From positions 3,715 through 67,714 of the forward strand of contig JBBTWJ010000005.1 in the NCBI GenBank assembly GCA_038062895.1: 64,000 bases of DNA. Direction: 5' to 3'. Of the stretch, positions 63,210 through 64,000 are shown in pieces. A model generated the notes under the pieces. That model had not been told where the DNA came from. It was given only the letters and a program-made list of their open reading frames with translations, and did not search any database. The position numbers and the translations under genes are program-made. The stretch comes from Patescibacteria group bacterium. GTDB lineage: Bacteria > Patescibacteriota > Microgenomatia > UBA10105 > UBA927. How positions within the stretch are numbered: the first letter of the stretch is position 1; the number at the start of each line of letters is the position of its first letter.

Positions 63210-64000
63210 ATGAAATCGTTTTTCGTTTCACTCTCGATTCTCATCTTCGCCTCGCTGTTCGGTCTGACCGTCTTGGCCAAACCCGTCCACGCCGCATCCT
63301 GGGCCATGCCCGGCGTCAACGATCTCCTTGATGCTATGTTTAAAACCGAAAACGGGGGAGTTAACGCAAATGGAGCTAATGTATTTGCCGGAAGAACCCA
63401 GATGACATGGCTAGTATGCGAAATCCTAGGATGCACTGATAAACTCGATGCCATTGGAGGCCCTGCAGTATTTCATTATAACAATAGCGCGGTCGCCGGA
63501 ATGGGGAACGCTATTGCAGGGCTTTATGATAAACCTCCTGCGTCAACGTATGCATTTGCCATTGAAGTGGGAGAAACTCTTGGGTTTATTCCTAAACAAA
63601 CATACGCTCAGGGCGTTGGATTCGCCGGCCTCCGACCGCTTTTGGGTATCTGGAAGGTGTTCCGAAACATCGCATACGGCATCATCGCTATCATCATCGT
63701 TATTGTTGGATTTATGGTCATGCTCCGGACGAAAATTGATCCTAAAACTGTCGTGTCCGTACAAAACGCCATACCAAAAATCGTCTGGGCGCTCATCCTT
63801 GTCACGTTTTCCTACGCCATTGTAGGATTTCTCATTGACATTATGTATGTACTTATGCTGCTTCTCGCAAACCTACTCATCGCCCCTTATAGCGAACTTT
63901 ATACTAATTGGGCGAACGCACAAAAATTCGTCTTCGTTCCGACAAATTGGGTCGATCAATTATTCCCCACCACAGCGGATAAATTTATCTCTAGTGGTTT
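63210..64000 (+). CDS. Large polytopic membrane protein with pilin-like/VirB6-like hairpin (runs off window end)
   Basis: Manual translation MKSFFVSL..WKVFRNIAY..GFMVMLRTKIDPKTVVSVQNAIPK..LVTFSYAIVGFLID. Confidence 0.8.
   Translation, partial: MKSFFVSLSILIFASLFGLTVLAKPVHAASWAMPGVNDLLDAMFKTENGGVNANGANVFAGRTQMTWLVCEILGCTDKLDAIGGPAVFHYNNSAVAGMGNAIAGLYDKPPASTYAFAIEVGETLGFIPKQTYAQGVGFAGLRPLLGIWKVFRNIAYGIIAIIIVIVGFMVMLRTKIDPKTVVSVQNAIPKIVWALILVTFSYAIVGFLIDIMYVLMLLLANLLIAPYSELYTNWANAQKFVFVPTNWVDQLFPTTADKFISSG

Noticed and set aside
1-64000. Prophage, IS transposase, reverse transcriptase/DGR or alternative genetic code
   Set aside because: No such genes recognised; TGA terminates conserved genes normally (uppS, surE).

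Overview
Chromosomal window from a small-genome bacterium, most likely Patescibacteria/CPR of the Microgenomates type. This is inferred from the archaeal-style mevalonate operon, arrays of VirB2/TrbC-like pilins, a PaaX/Cas2-fold regulator and many apparently leaderless genes. It holds housekeeping genes (typA, hflX, rpoD, dnaG, smpB, tmRNA, uppS, comF), 7 tRNAs (Asn, 4x Ser, 2x Arg), an apparently complete mevalonate/isoprenoid operon with an upstream ECF sigma factor, a RelE/Phd toxin-antitoxin pair, many small accessory enzymes and transporters, and 8 pilin-like genes. The most striking signal is a dense population of micro-repeats. Short palindromes of several families and 7/8-nt tandem arrays fill intergenic spacers and also sit in frame inside about ten proteins. 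Two small genes are bracketed by their own repeats and are candidate mobilisers or regulators. One is a PaaX-like gene with three copies of a 38-bp palindrome; the two flanking copies double as promoters. The other is a GIY-YIG nuclease flanked by 39-bp direct repeats made of the tRNA-Asn 5' end plus a palindrome that recurs in frame 40 kb away. The tmRNA encodes an unusually long 35-aa tag. All calls come from reading the sequence; no searches were run.
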